42,530 bases of DNA from Flavobacteriales bacterium CG18_big_fil_WC_8_21_14_2_50_32_9 (GTDB lineage: Bacteria; Bacteroidota; Bacteroidia; Flavobacteriales_E; Vicingaceae), in contig PCUH01000117.1 in NCBI GenBank assembly GCA_002770955.1, positions 1,657 through 44,186 on the forward strand, read 5' to 3'. The notes beneath the pieces are model-generated. The model searched no databases and was not told where the DNA came from. It saw nothing but the letters and a program-made list of their open reading frames with translations. The first letter of the stretch is position 1; the number at the start of each line of letters is the position of its first letter. This document shows, in pieces, positions 1 through 9,725 of this stretch. The position numbers and the translations under genes were made by a program.

Positions 1-1
1 C

Positions 2-2455
2 AACTATCAAGCAAAAGTTCAATATATTGGTTATGAAACACTAACGCTTTCAATACCTTCATCAACCAAAACAAATCAAACCATCCTATTGAAGCAAAAG
101 ACTTTTGAGATAAAAGAGTTTACCGTGAATGCAAAAGCCGAAGATCCAGCATACAACATCATGCGAAAAGCAATTGTGTTGGCAGAATATTATAAAAAAC
201 AAATCAAAGAATATGATTGCACAATTTATATGAAAGAATATTTTGTGGTAGATAAAATCCCTGAAATTGCTCGACTATTTGCTGATAAAGAAGATTTAAA
301 AGAAATGAAAGCAGGAGCTATTTCAGAAATACTTATGGAATATCACTATGAATATCCAAATACGACAAAAGAAAAAATTATTTCAGCTCGAAATTCTAAA
401 AATGATACTGCAAAAACAGGCTCAAATTACATTAATTTGAATTTTTATCGTTTAGGTGGAAATGAAATTGTTTCTCCGCTTGGAAAAAATGCTTTTCAGG
501 TTTATAAATTTGAATTATTAGATTCTTACATAGAAGGTAATCATACCATTAAAAAAATTAAAATAATTCCGAAAAGAAAAGGGCAAGATTTAATGTCGGG
601 CGAAATTTATATTGTTGATGGATTATGGAGTATTCATAGTGTTGATGTTAAATTTAAACAAAACTTGGTTGATGTTTCTTATAAACAATTCTATTCTGAA
701 ATTAAGAAAAACACCTGGTTTCCTATTAATCACGAAATTTCTGTGGAGGCAAAGTTAATGGGGTTTGAAGGAAATTATAAATACTTGGCTTCTATCAGCA
801 ACCTTTCAACAAAAAACGATAATGTTGTAGATAGCAAAATCGATAAATTGGTAGAACTTCCTTTAACTGGCGATGAAAATTTTGAAAAAATAAAATTGAG
901 TGATGCCGAAAAGGAAAATCTTTCTAAAACACAACAAAAAATCAATAATTTGATGGAGAAAGACAAGCTATCAAAAGGTGATGCCTTAAAATTGGTTCAA
1001 CTTATTGAAAAAGAAAACGAAGCTGAAAATAAAAAAAATAACGAAAAACAAAATTTAGATCTTAGTAGAGATAGAAACGTAGCATATATTGACAGTGCAT
1101 TTACTAAAACAAATTCTTCTTGGGATAGTTTGAGAGCTGTTCCTCTTTCTGAAAAAGAAAAAGAAATTTATGCTACAAACGATTCCTTAAATCGGATAGA
1201 AAACAACGATACCATTATTAATAAAAAACGCTCTATTATTGGTAATGCACTCTTTTTTAATGGTAAAATTAAAACAAAAAATAAGGATGTAACCCTTCGT
1301 ATTCCAGGAGCCTTATCATGGCTAAGCTTAAACTTTAACACTGTTGATGGTTTTGTATTAAAAAAGCGCTTGTTTTCCTATCATAAAAAATATAACAATG
1401 GTAGTTTTTTTGAAATTGCTCCTGCACTTCAATATTCCTTTGCACGAGAAGATGTAATGGGTAATTTTATGTTTAAAACCCAATACAATGCTAAAAAAAG
1501 AGCAGGATTTTACATCAACACAGGAAAACAAAACACAGATTTCAATGCTGAAAAACCAATGAATAACTTTTTCAATAGTGTTTCCACCCTATTTTTGGGT
1601 GATAATATCAAGAAAATATACCAAAAACAATTTATAGACATCGGACATCAAATTGATATTGCTAATGGGTTCACATTCATAACTTCTGTTGAATATGCTA
1701 AAAGAATAGCATTAACCAACCATACCGATTTCAACATTTGGAATCCAGAAAAAAAGGAATATACATCTAACATTCCAATATCTACAACAGATTCTTCTAT
1801 TTTTAACAACCACAATTCTGCTCTTTTTTCGGCAAGTTTAAGTTATACGCCCAACTATTTTTATCGTTTTTACAAAAACCAAAAACGTATGCTGTATTCC
1901 AATTACCCTACATTTACTGCTTCTTACACACAGGGAGTTAAGGGTGTTTTTAATAGTAGTACGGATTTTAGTTTGGTAGAATTTTCGATGGAGCAATCCA
2001 AAAAAATAAAACTAATTGATAAGGTAAGTTATTATGTTGGAACAGGAATATTTACCAACACAAATCAACTCAAATTTGCTGATTATAAAAGTTTTAACAC
2101 TACTCCATTCTATGTTTCTGGAAATGCAAATAGAAATTCTTTTCGATTATTAGATTTATACCAACACAACAGCTCCGACTATTTCGCAGAAGCTCATCTT
2201 GAAATTGAAGATAATTTTTTGTTATTGAAACGACTTCCGCTATTTAATCTAACGAATTGGAGTGAACGCATTCGATTTAGCTATTTGCGAAATGAACAAA
2301 TTGATAATTATTATGAAATTGGTTATGGTTTAACAAAACTATTTTTTATGTTTGATGTAGAGGGTTTTGTAAGTTTTAACGAGCATAAACATCAATATAC
2401 TGGCTTTAGAATAATATTGAGATTATTTGATGATGACAACACGGTTTTTGAATAA
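2..2455 (+). CDS. DUF5686-like / carboxypeptidase-regulatory-domain protein, 5' partial (runs off window start)
   Basis: The frame of the 89..2455 ORF stays open back to nt 2 (NYQAKVQYIGYETLTLSIP..., a CarboxypepD_reg-like motif), so the TTG at 89 is probably not the true start. It is a long Asn/Lys-rich Bacteroidota-type protein. Family name is from memory of the motif pattern. Confidence 0.7.
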   Translation, partial: NYQAKVQYIGYETLTLSIPSSTKTNQTILLKQKTFEIKEFTVNAKAEDPAYNIMRKAIVLAEYYKKQIKEYDCTIYMKEYFVVDKIPEIARLFADKEDLKEMKAGAISEILMEYHYEYPNTTKEKIISARNSKNDTAKTGSNYINLNFYRLGGNEIVSPLGKNAFQVYKFELLDSYIEGNHTIKKIKIIPKRKGQDLMSGEIYIVDGLWSIHSVDVKFKQNLVDVSYKQFYSEIKKNTWFPINHEISVEAKLMGFEGNYKYLASISNLSTKNDNVVDSKIDKLVELPLTGDENFEKIKLSDAEKENLSKTQQKINNLMEKDKLSKGDALKLVQLIEKENEAENKKNNEKQNLDLSRDRNVAYIDSAFTKTNSSWDSLRAVPLSEKEKEIYATNDSLNRIENNDTIINKKRSIIGNALFFNGKIKTKNKDVTLRIPGALSWLSLNFNTVDGFVLKKRLFSYHKKYNNGSFFEIAPALQYSFAREDVMGNFMFKTQYNAKKRAGFYINTGKQNTDFNAEKPMNNFFNSVSTLFLGDNIKKIYQKQFIDIGHQIDIANGFTFITSVEYAKRIALTNHTDFNIWNPEKKEYTSNIPISTTDSSIFNNHNSALFSASLSYTPNYFYRFYKNQKRMLYSNYPTFTASYTQGVKGVFNSSTDFSLVEFSMEQSKKIKLIDKVSYYVGTGIFTNTNQLKFADYKSFNTTPFYVSGNANRNSFRLLDLYQHNSSDYFAEAHLEIEDNFLLLKRLPLFNLTNWSERIRFSYLRNEQIDNYYEIGYGLTKLFFMFDVEGFVSFNEHKHQYTGFRIILRLFDDDNTVFE

Positions 2456-2489
2456 CCAAAAAGCAATTCTAATTAGAATTGCTTTTTGG
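2456..2489. terminator. Bidirectional rho-independent terminator (34-nt perfect palindrome)
   Basis: ccaaaaagcaattcta-at-tagaattgctttttgg has 16-nt perfect arms, an A-run on one side and a T-run on the other. It lies exactly between two convergent CDSs (stops at 2455 and 2514). Confidence 0.75.
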
Positions 2490-2513
2490 TTATTCGTTTT
2501 ATTTTGAAGAGGA

Positions 2514-2879
2514 TTATGCTTTAGAAGAAGAATCTGAACCTAAATCATCAAAATTTATGTCTGTGAAAGAAGAAGATACTTTTTCAATTACCTCCTCGCC
2601 TTGCTCTAGTTTTAGAGCTTTAATTTTTTCTACAGCCTCTGATAATCCTTCCGAAAATTTTTCTAAATCTTCTTTATAAAGAAATAATTTATGTTTTTCG
2701 TAAGTGAATTTTTGATTATCATCTGTAAACTTTCTTTTACTTTCAGTGATTGTTAAGTAATAATCATCTGCTTTTGTTGCCTTTACATCGAAAAAATAAG
2801 TTCTTTTCCCAGCTCTTACTACTTTAGAAAATACTTCATCTCTTCTGTTTTCTTGGTTTTCATTTTCTCCCATCTTCAT
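2514..2879 (-). CDS. DUF3276 / PUR-alpha-like nucleic-acid-binding protein
   Basis: 121-aa ORF. The segment FSKVVRAGKRTYFFDVKATKADDYYLTITESKR...KHKLFLYKEDLEKF matches the bacterial PUR-repeat (DUF3276) pattern common in Bacteroidota. It has an acidic, Ser-rich tail. Confidence 0.7.
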   Translation of the reverse strand: MKMGENENQENRRDEVFSKVVRAGKRTYFFDVKATKADDYYLTITESKRKFTDDNQKFTYEKHKLFLYKEDLEKFSEGLSEAVEKIKALKLEQGEEVIEKVSSSFTDINFDDLGSDSSSKA

Positions 2880-3253
2880 TATTTTTTTTGTTAAACTTAT
2901 TTTAATAGTACAAATCTTATTAATTTATTTGACATAAACAAAATTGAGAGAATAAAATTAAATAATTTTTTACACAAATTCATTTTTTTGTCAGGTAATA
3001 AAAAAACAACGACTATCTAATCAAAAAACTAAACCTATTAGAAATATCAATTAAAATAATAGATTTGGTATTAAACAAGGTAATTTCAAAGTTTTTTACT
3101 CAAATAAACAATAAAAATATTGAAGTAAATCGTATTTTTATACAAATTTATGGAGGAGCATTTTGGTTTTCTAAAACATCAAGAGTAGAATAACATGCAA
3201 AAGACCCACTAACAACAAAAGAAATTGTAGGAATTATAACCCATTACAACCCA

Positions 3254-4663
3254 ATGAATAACGATAACATATTAACCCAAGTTTTTGAAAAATTAAATGT
3301 ATATTTAAAGAAAGATACACTAATTGATTATAAAACTCCTGATGAATTGCACAATGCCATCAATTTTTCGATAGCAGAAAAAGGAGTTTCTGAATCTGAG
3401 TTTCTGGCGTTAATCAATAAATATTTAGACTATTCGGTAAACACTAACCATCCTCAGTTTTTGAATCAATTGTATGCTGGATTTAATTTCCCTGCCTTTA
3501 TTGGTGAAATTTTTACTGCTTTAGCCAACACTTCAATGTACACCTACGAGGTTGCACCAGTTGCTACGCTTATCGAAACAGAAATGATTCAATTAATGAA
3601 CAGCTATACTGGATATAAAAATGGTGATGGTATTTTTGTAAGCGGTGGTAGCAATGCTAATTTGGTTGCACTATTTTCTGCTCGGAATAAAATAGCTCCA
3701 GAATCGAGACATCAAGGATACGACAAAAACTTAAAACTACGTGCTTTTATCAACGAACACGCTCATTATTCATTTTCAAATGCTGCAAACATTATAGGAA
3801 TAGGAACAGAAAGTTTGATTAAAATTAAAGCCGATGAAAACGGACAGATGGTTCCTGAAGCATTAGAAAAAGAAATTAATGCTTCGAAACAAAGAGGTGA
3901 AATGCCTTTTTTTGTTGCAGTAACTTGTGCCACAACACTATTAGGAGCTTACGACCCAATTGACGAAATTGCAGAAATTTGTAAAAAACAGAACATTTGG
4001 CTTCATGCCGATGGATCGTTTGGAGGTTCTATTGTTTTAAGCAACAAAAATAGATACCTATTAAAAGGATTAGAAAAAACCGATTCTTTTGCTTGGAATC
4101 CTCACAAACTCATGAACATTCCACTCATTTGTTCAGCTTTATTAGTAAAAACAAAAGGAACATTACACCATAATTTAGCTGATGTTGATGCCGATTATCT
4201 TTTCCATGATTTAAACTTGATTGAAGATTTAGGAAAAAAATCTATTCAATGTGGAAGAAGAGTTGATGCGGTTAAACTTTGGTTTGCGTGGAAATATTTT
4301 GGTAAAGAAGGGTATGAAAAACGAATTGATAATTTAATCGATTTAGCCCAACTTGCTGAACAAAAAGTGCTAAACAGAACTAATTTAGAACTTTTAGCAC
4401 CACGCCAATCATTTACCATCTGTTTCAGGTATATTCCAGAAATTGAAGTTGATATCAACCAATTTAATTTACAGTTGCGTGAGGAACTTAGAAAATCAGG
4501 GAAAAGTCTTGTGAATTATGGGTACATTGGTGAAAAACTTGCCATTCGTTTGGTAATTACCAACGGTGAAATGCAAGAAAAAGATGTAACTTTATTTTTT
4601 GAATTGCTTTTAGAAACAGCTTCGGTTTTAGAAAAAAAATACAATAGGATAAAATCTTTTTGA
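3254..4663 (+). CDS. Group II pyridoxal-phosphate-dependent decarboxylase (GAD/CSAD/DABA-decarboxylase-like)
   Basis: 469 aa. It has the SGGSNANL motif, HADGSFGG and the PLP-lysine motif WNPHKLM typical of group II decarboxylases. Substrate cannot be assigned from sequence alone. Confidence 0.85.
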   Translation: MNNDNILTQVFEKLNVYLKKDTLIDYKTPDELHNAINFSIAEKGVSESEFLALINKYLDYSVNTNHPQFLNQLYAGFNFPAFIGEIFTALANTSMYTYEVAPVATLIETEMIQLMNSYTGYKNGDGIFVSGGSNANLVALFSARNKIAPESRHQGYDKNLKLRAFINEHAHYSFSNAANIIGIGTESLIKIKADENGQMVPEALEKEINASKQRGEMPFFVAVTCATTLLGAYDPIDEIAEICKKQNIWLHADGSFGGSIVLSNKNRYLLKGLEKTDSFAWNPHKLMNIPLICSALLVKTKGTLHHNLADVDADYLFHDLNLIEDLGKKSIQCGRRVDAVKLWFAWKYFGKEGYEKRIDNLIDLAQLAEQKVLNRTNLELLAPRQSFTICFRYIPEIEVDINQFNLQLREELRKSGKSLVNYGYIGEKLAIRLVITNGEMQEKDVTLFFELLLETASVLEKKYNRIKSF

Positions 4664-4811
4664 TTACAAAAAAAACCTTTAGTAGGTCGCTTTTTATTTT
4701 TTTTAAGTTCGTGGTAATTATAAAATCAATAATTACTATATTTACCATTTAATATTCTCTAAATCATAATCTGAAAATCTTTTTGGTTTCGATATAAATT
4801 TAAAATTAGCA

Positions 4812-5762
4812 TTGAAAGAAGTTACTTTTTTAAAGCAAAATGCCGAAAAATGGGAGATGTTTGAACATCAGCTTTTCCAAAAGGAAAAACAAAATGCAGA
4901 TGATGCTGCTAATTTGTTTATCGAAATTACCAATGATTTATCCTATTCAAAAACACATTACCCAAACTCCAAAACAACTCAATATTTGAATAGTTTAGCA
5001 TCAAAAGTGCATCATTCAATTTATCAAAATAAAAAAGAAAGTAATAAACGAATGCTCTCTTTTTGGAAGACAGAATTACCCTTAGTAGTTAAAACACACC
5101 ATAAACAATTATTTATATCGTTTGTTATTTTTTTTATTTCTTGCCTAATTGGTTGGTTTTCAGCTAAATATGACGATAGTTTTGTTCGGTTAATATTGGG
5201 TGATACCTATGTAAACATGACCTTAGAAAATATAGAAAATAATGATCCAATGGCTGTTTATAAAAGCAGCAAAGAGGTTGATATGTTTTTAGGAATTACA
5301 ATAAACAATGTGCGTGTATCTTTTTTAGTATTTATTTTAGGTCTATTTTTCTCGGTTGGTTCTGGCTTTTTGTTATTTTCAAATGGCGTGATGTTAGGTT
5401 CTTTTCAATACTTTTTTTTAGCAAAAGGGTTGTTTTTAGAGTCATTTCTAACCATTTGGATACATGGAACATTAGAAATTTCGGCAATTATTATTGCTGG
5501 TGGAGCTGGAATTGTTTTAGGTAACAGCATTTTGTTTCCAAAAACCTTTTCCAGAGGAGAATCTTTTATTATGGGAGCTAAAAATGGATTAAAAATAATT
5601 ATTGGAATTGTACCTATTTTTATTGTTGCTGGTTTTTTGGAAGGCTTTGTTACAAGACATACTGATATGCCCATCTATTTGAGTTTATTTATTATTTTAG
5701 GTTCATTTTCTTTTGTAATTTGGTACTTTATTATTTATCCAAGAACTATAAAAAATTTCTAA
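4812..5762 (+). CDS. SpoIIM-like (DUF95) polytopic membrane protein
   Basis: TTG start; no in-frame ATG upstream (stop at 4767-4769). The N-terminus MKEVTFLKQNAEKWEMFE is followed by about 5 TM segments and a GTLEISAIIIAGGAG motif typical of stage II sporulation protein M-like proteins. Confidence 0.7.
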   Translation: MKEVTFLKQNAEKWEMFEHQLFQKEKQNADDAANLFIEITNDLSYSKTHYPNSKTTQYLNSLASKVHHSIYQNKKESNKRMLSFWKTELPLVVKTHHKQLFISFVIFFISCLIGWFSAKYDDSFVRLILGDTYVNMTLENIENNDPMAVYKSSKEVDMFLGITINNVRVSFLVFILGLFFSVGSGFLLFSNGVMLGSFQYFFLAKGLFLESFLTIWIHGTLEISAIIIAGGAGIVLGNSILFPKTFSRGESFIMGAKNGLKIIIGIVPIFIVAGFLEGFVTRHTDMPIYLSLFIILGSFSFVIWYFIIYPRTIKNF

Positions 5763-5776
5763 CTAATCAATTAACT

Positions 5777-6730
5777 ATGCATCCAGAACAAATAGAATTC
5801 AACAAATCAAGAGATTTTAGCGAAACATTAACTATTTCTTTTGCTTTTATCAAACAAAACTTTAAAGGTTTTTTTAAAACTATATTGTTTTTAGTAGGGC
5901 CATTATTGCTTATAAACGCAATTTTATCAGGCATTTACCTTCAAAATATGTTTGATGTAAATAGTATAATAGCAGGAAATAGATTTCCTTCCGAAATCTT
6001 TTCACCCATTTATTTTTTAATTATAATTTTTTCTATTGTGGCTAACATTATGCTTGTGGGAATTGCTTATGAATACATCATTTTATATGAAAAAAAGGGG
6101 TTGAATAACTTCACCATCAATGATGTTTGGAATGCCTTTGTTGCTGATTTAGGATTAATTGTTTCAACTTTTTTCTTCTTAATTGGGGTTCTTATTTTAT
6201 TCGGTTTTGCCTTTGCAATAATTTCGCTTCTACTTTCATTATTAGGTCCAGTTGGTGCAGTTCTGATTGGCATTATATTTTTAGTTACTTTTTTCTTATT
6301 AGGTCCTCCGTTGGTTTTTTTAATTTCTGCTATTTATCCTATCCGTATTCGTGAACGTATAGGAAATGTAGCCGCATTTACAAAAGCATATTACCTAACG
6401 AAAGCAAATTTTGGAAGCACTTGGTTGATTATTTTTATTTCTTATCTTATCGTAATTGTGTTAGCTCTCGTTTTGGCTATTCCAGCTGCCATTTTTGGTG
6501 GCATGGCTGCAATGCATTCCGTAGATGATGCTTCAAGTATGAGTTCATTACTTCTTACGGCTGTTAATGTTGTATCTACTTTTGGAGGTAGTTTAGTAAA
6601 CTCATTGCTCTTTATTATTATCGGTTTTCATTATTTTAGTATCAACGAAAAAGAAAATGGTGATGGTTTGTTGGATAGAATCAATCAGATTGGTCAACAC
6701 AATGAAAACAATGATGATATTACGATTTAA
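5777..6730 (+). CDS. Polytopic membrane protein (uncharacterised)
   Basis: I place the start at the ATG at 5777 (MHPEQIEFNKSRDF...), 15 nt after the upstream stop. The track start at 5720 would overlap the previous gene by 43 nt. It has at least 6 hydrophobic segments. Confidence 0.6.
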   Translation: MHPEQIEFNKSRDFSETLTISFAFIKQNFKGFFKTILFLVGPLLLINAILSGIYLQNMFDVNSIIAGNRFPSEIFSPIYFLIIIFSIVANIMLVGIAYEYIILYEKKGLNNFTINDVWNAFVADLGLIVSTFFFLIGVLILFGFAFAIISLLLSLLGPVGAVLIGIIFLVTFFLLGPPLVFLISAIYPIRIRERIGNVAAFTKAYYLTKANFGSTWLIIFISYLIVIVLALVLAIPAAIFGGMAAMHSVDDASSMSSLLLTAVNVVSTFGGSLVNSLLFIIIGFHYFSINEKENGDGLLDRINQIGQHNENNDDITI

Positions 6731-7460
6731 TGCATCTACAACCATTAACATTACTGTAAGAGTTGTTTTCCAATTTCTGTTGGTTTTCTGTTGCTCCATC
6801 ACCAACTTATTTGCTTCTCAAACCTTAAAAAGCGATACCTCAATTATTGAATTAAAAACAATAGACACAACAAAAATAGAAAATTTCAGAAGTGATAGCG
6901 ATTTTATTTATGACCGAATTCCACCTCCACCCGAAACCCCATGGGAAAATTTTAAAAGATGGTTTTGGAAGCAAATAGCCAACCTATTTGATTCAAACGA
7001 ATTTTCTAGTTTTTGGGATTATTTTAAATGGATATTGGTTGTTGTACTTGTTTTTTTAGCTGCTTTATGGATTTTTAAAAGTGAAATTAGAGGCGTTTTT
7101 ATCAATAAAAATGCAGCTAATGTTCCTCATTTTATTGCTGCTGATGAAAACATTCATGAAATGAATTTTGATGTGCTTATCGAAAAAGCCATAAACGAAA
7201 AAAACTACAAAGAAGCAGTACGCTTATCATATTTAAAAGTGTTAAAGCGACTTACTGATACTGATTTAATTCGTTGGGAAATTGATAAAACAAACCTCGA
7301 TTATGCGAATGAATTAGCAAATTCTGAATATGAATTACCATTTAACAAAGTTACAAAAGTGTTCGAATACCTTTGGTATGGAGATTTTGAGCTGAACTCA
7401 ACTCAATTTAATGCTGAAATAAAAAAGTTTATTGAATTAAGTAATAAACTTAAAAATTGA
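6702..7460 (+). CDS. DUF4129-like membrane-anchored protein
   Basis: Signal/anchor sequence MKTMMILRFN...VFQFLLVFCCSITNLFASQ, then a second TM, then a C-terminal helical segment (YKEAVRLSYLKVLKRLTDTDLIRWEIDKTNLDY) matching the DUF4129 pattern. Start is ambiguous (6702/6711/6714) and overlaps the upstream stop. Confidence 0.6.
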   Translation: MKTMMILRFNASTTINITVRVVFQFLLVFCCSITNLFASQTLKSDTSIIELKTIDTTKIENFRSDSDFIYDRIPPPPETPWENFKRWFWKQIANLFDSNEFSSFWDYFKWILVVVLVFLAALWIFKSEIRGVFINKNAANVPHFIAADENIHEMNFDVLIEKAINEKNYKEAVRLSYLKVLKRLTDTDLIRWEIDKTNLDYANELANSEYELPFNKVTKVFEYLWYGDFELNSTQFNAEIKKFIELSNKLKN

Positions 7461-7464
7461 ATCG

Positions 7465-8676
7465 TTGAAAAAAAACACAAAATATTATATCGTATTAGGA
7501 TTGCTTTTTGTAGTAGCTGTTCTTCTTCAATACAATACTCCAAAACCAATCAATTGGACAGAAAATTATTCCAACTCAAGTAAAATTCCTTTTGGAACTT
7601 ATATTTTAAGTGATTTACTCTCTGATTTATTTCCAAATCAGGAAATTAAAGAAACTAAAATTCCCATTTATAACACCATTAACTACCAAACCAATACCAA
7701 TTATATTATTATAAATAACTCTTTTGCTCCTGATGAATACGATACTGAAAAAATTTTTGATTATGTAAGCTCAGGAAATCAGTTATTTATTGCTGCCAGA
7801 ATTTTTGAAGGTCCTTTTGCTGATTCATTAAAATTAGTTACCGATGGTGCTAATTATTTTTTCAATCTTGCTACTCATGAAGAAAAATATGTTGCTTATG
7901 TAAATTTTGAAAACCCTAAATTGAAGCAACCAAACGACTATATTTTAAGAAAAAATTTCTACCACTACTATTTTACAAGTTTTGATACTGCAAACGTACT
8001 TGTTTTAGGAAAATCCATCTCTCAAGAAAAAAAGATCGAAAACATCAATTTCATTAAAATAAACATGGGGAAAGGAAGTATTTTCATAAACACATTACCA
8101 AATGCATTTAGCAACTATTTTTTAACCGATACCTTAAATTATTCCTACCCTATTTATGCCCTAAGTAATTTGCCTAACCAACCAACATTTTGGGACGAAT
8201 ATTATAAAGCAGGAAAAAAAGATGCCTCCACTCCTCTTCGATTTATCTTGAATGAACCTGCCTTGAAATTTGCCTACTTTTTACTCATTTTTAGTTTGCT
8301 TTTTTACATAATTTTCAAAGCAAAACGAAAGCAACGTATTATCCCTGTAATTGAGCCTATCAGCAATTCTACTACCGATTTTATTGGTGTGGTTTCAAGT
8401 ATGTATTACCAAGAAAAAAATCACCTGAACCTGGCTCATAAAAAAATAAATTACTTTTTAGAAATGGTTAGAAGTAATTATTTAATAGCAACCGAAAAAC
8501 TTGATGAAACATTTATACAAAATTTAGCATTAAAATCGGGTGTTTCAATTGTAACAACAACAGTTTTAATCAAAAAGATTGATGCCATTAAACAATTAAA
8601 CAGTAATTTTTCGGAAGCTGATTTAATACACTTAAACAAATTAATTAATACATTTAATCAACTAAAAACTAGATAA
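7465..8676 (+). CDS. DUF4350-like protein (N-terminal and internal TM)
   Basis: TTG start 4 nt after the upstream stop. It has an N-terminal TM (YYIVLGLLFVVAVLL) and a late TM (FAYFLLIFSLLFYIIF). Its position directly before MoxR is typical of DUF4350 proteins. Confidence 0.55.
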   Translation: MKKNTKYYIVLGLLFVVAVLLQYNTPKPINWTENYSNSSKIPFGTYILSDLLSDLFPNQEIKETKIPIYNTINYQTNTNYIIINNSFAPDEYDTEKIFDYVSSGNQLFIAARIFEGPFADSLKLVTDGANYFFNLATHEEKYVAYVNFENPKLKQPNDYILRKNFYHYYFTSFDTANVLVLGKSISQEKKIENINFIKINMGKGSIFINTLPNAFSNYFLTDTLNYSYPIYALSNLPNQPTFWDEYYKAGKKDASTPLRFILNEPALKFAYFLLIFSLLFYIIFKAKRKQRIIPVIEPISNSTTDFIGVVSSMYYQEKNHLNLAHKKINYFLEMVRSNYLIATEKLDETFIQNLALKSGVSIVTTTVLIKKIDAIKQLNSNFSEADLIHLNKLINTFNQLKTR

Positions 8677-8677
8677 T

Positions 8678-9688
8678 ATGGAAGAACAAACGCCTCAACC
8701 TCATGAAGAAAATAGCATAAATCAATTTAATTCCAGAATTGATTTATCTGAGCTACAACATACAATTCATACTGTTAAACAAGAAATTAGTAAAACAATT
8801 GTTGGTCAGGAAGAAATGTTAGATTTATTGCTTATCTCACTTTTATCGGACGGACACGTATTGATTGAAGGAGTTCCGGGTGTTGCAAAAACACTTACAG
8901 CTAAATTACTGGCTCAAACTGTTTCGGTCAACTTTTCTAGGATTCAATTTACCCCAGATTTAATGCCTTCCGACATCATTGGTACTTCCATTTTTAACCA
9001 AAAAATTGCTGATTTTGAATTTAAAAAAGGGCCCTTGTTTTCCAATATTATTTTGATAGATGAAATTAACCGTTCGCCTGCAAAAACACAAGCAGCTTTG
9101 TTTGAAGTAATGGAAGAACACCAAATTACAAGCGATGGAACAACCTACATTATGCAAGAGCCTTTTTTAGTTTTGGCAACACAAAATCCGTTGGAACAAG
9201 AAGGAACCTACCGCTTGCCCGAAGCCCAGCTCGACCGATTTTTATTTAAGATTGAAGTAGGCTATCCCACCGAAGAACAAGAAGCAAAATTGTTGACCGA
9301 TTTTCATTTTCGTAAAGATAAAATTGATGTTGCCGCAACCAATAAAATTCTCTCAGCAAAACAACTCCTTGCTTACAGAAAAAATGTGAACGAAGTGCAT
9401 GTAGATCAAAGCATTATTGATTATATTGCTAAAATTGTAACCGGTACAAGAAATAATAATTCATTATATATTGGAGCCTCTCCACGAGCCTCTTTGGCTA
9501 TTTTAAAAAGTTCTAAAGCAAATGCAGCTATCCATGGAAGAGATTTTATTACGCCCGATGATGTTAAATTTGTTGCTCCTCATGTGTTGAAACATCGAAT
9601 TATTCTCACTCCTGAAAAAGAAATGGAAGGCATTTTGCCTCATGAAATCATTACAAAGTTAATAGAGACAATTGAAGTCCCTCGTTAG
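8678..9688 (+). CDS. MoxR-family AAA+ ATPase
   Basis: Walker A GVPGVAKT, Walker B ILIDEINR, then ATQNPLEQEGTYRLPEAQLDRF and the C-terminal RASLAILK region. This is the classic MoxR (AAA_3) signature. Confidence 0.9.
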   Translation: MEEQTPQPHEENSINQFNSRIDLSELQHTIHTVKQEISKTIVGQEEMLDLLLISLLSDGHVLIEGVPGVAKTLTAKLLAQTVSVNFSRIQFTPDLMPSDIIGTSIFNQKIADFEFKKGPLFSNIILIDEINRSPAKTQAALFEVMEEHQITSDGTTYIMQEPFLVLATQNPLEQEGTYRLPEAQLDRFLFKIEVGYPTEEQEAKLLTDFHFRKDKIDVAATNKILSAKQLLAYRKNVNEVHVDQSIIDYIAKIVTGTRNNNSLYIGASPRASLAILKSSKANAAIHGRDFITPDDVKFVAPHVLKHRIILTPEKEMEGILPHEIITKLIETIEVPR

Positions 9689-9725
9689 TAAATGTAACAA
9701 TTTAATTTCTAATAACTAATGACTA

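Noticed and set aside
2479-2679. 66-aa plus-strand ORF, and similar short ORFs at 775-966, 4246-4458, 4557-4748, 5405-5674, 6067-6273, 6602-6805, 8960-9157, 11387-11773, 13700-13933, 14986-15225, 15440-15643 and 18153-18438.
   Set aside because: All are antisense to, or out of frame within, longer CDSs that carry clear family motifs. Their composition is low-complexity and AT-codon-driven.
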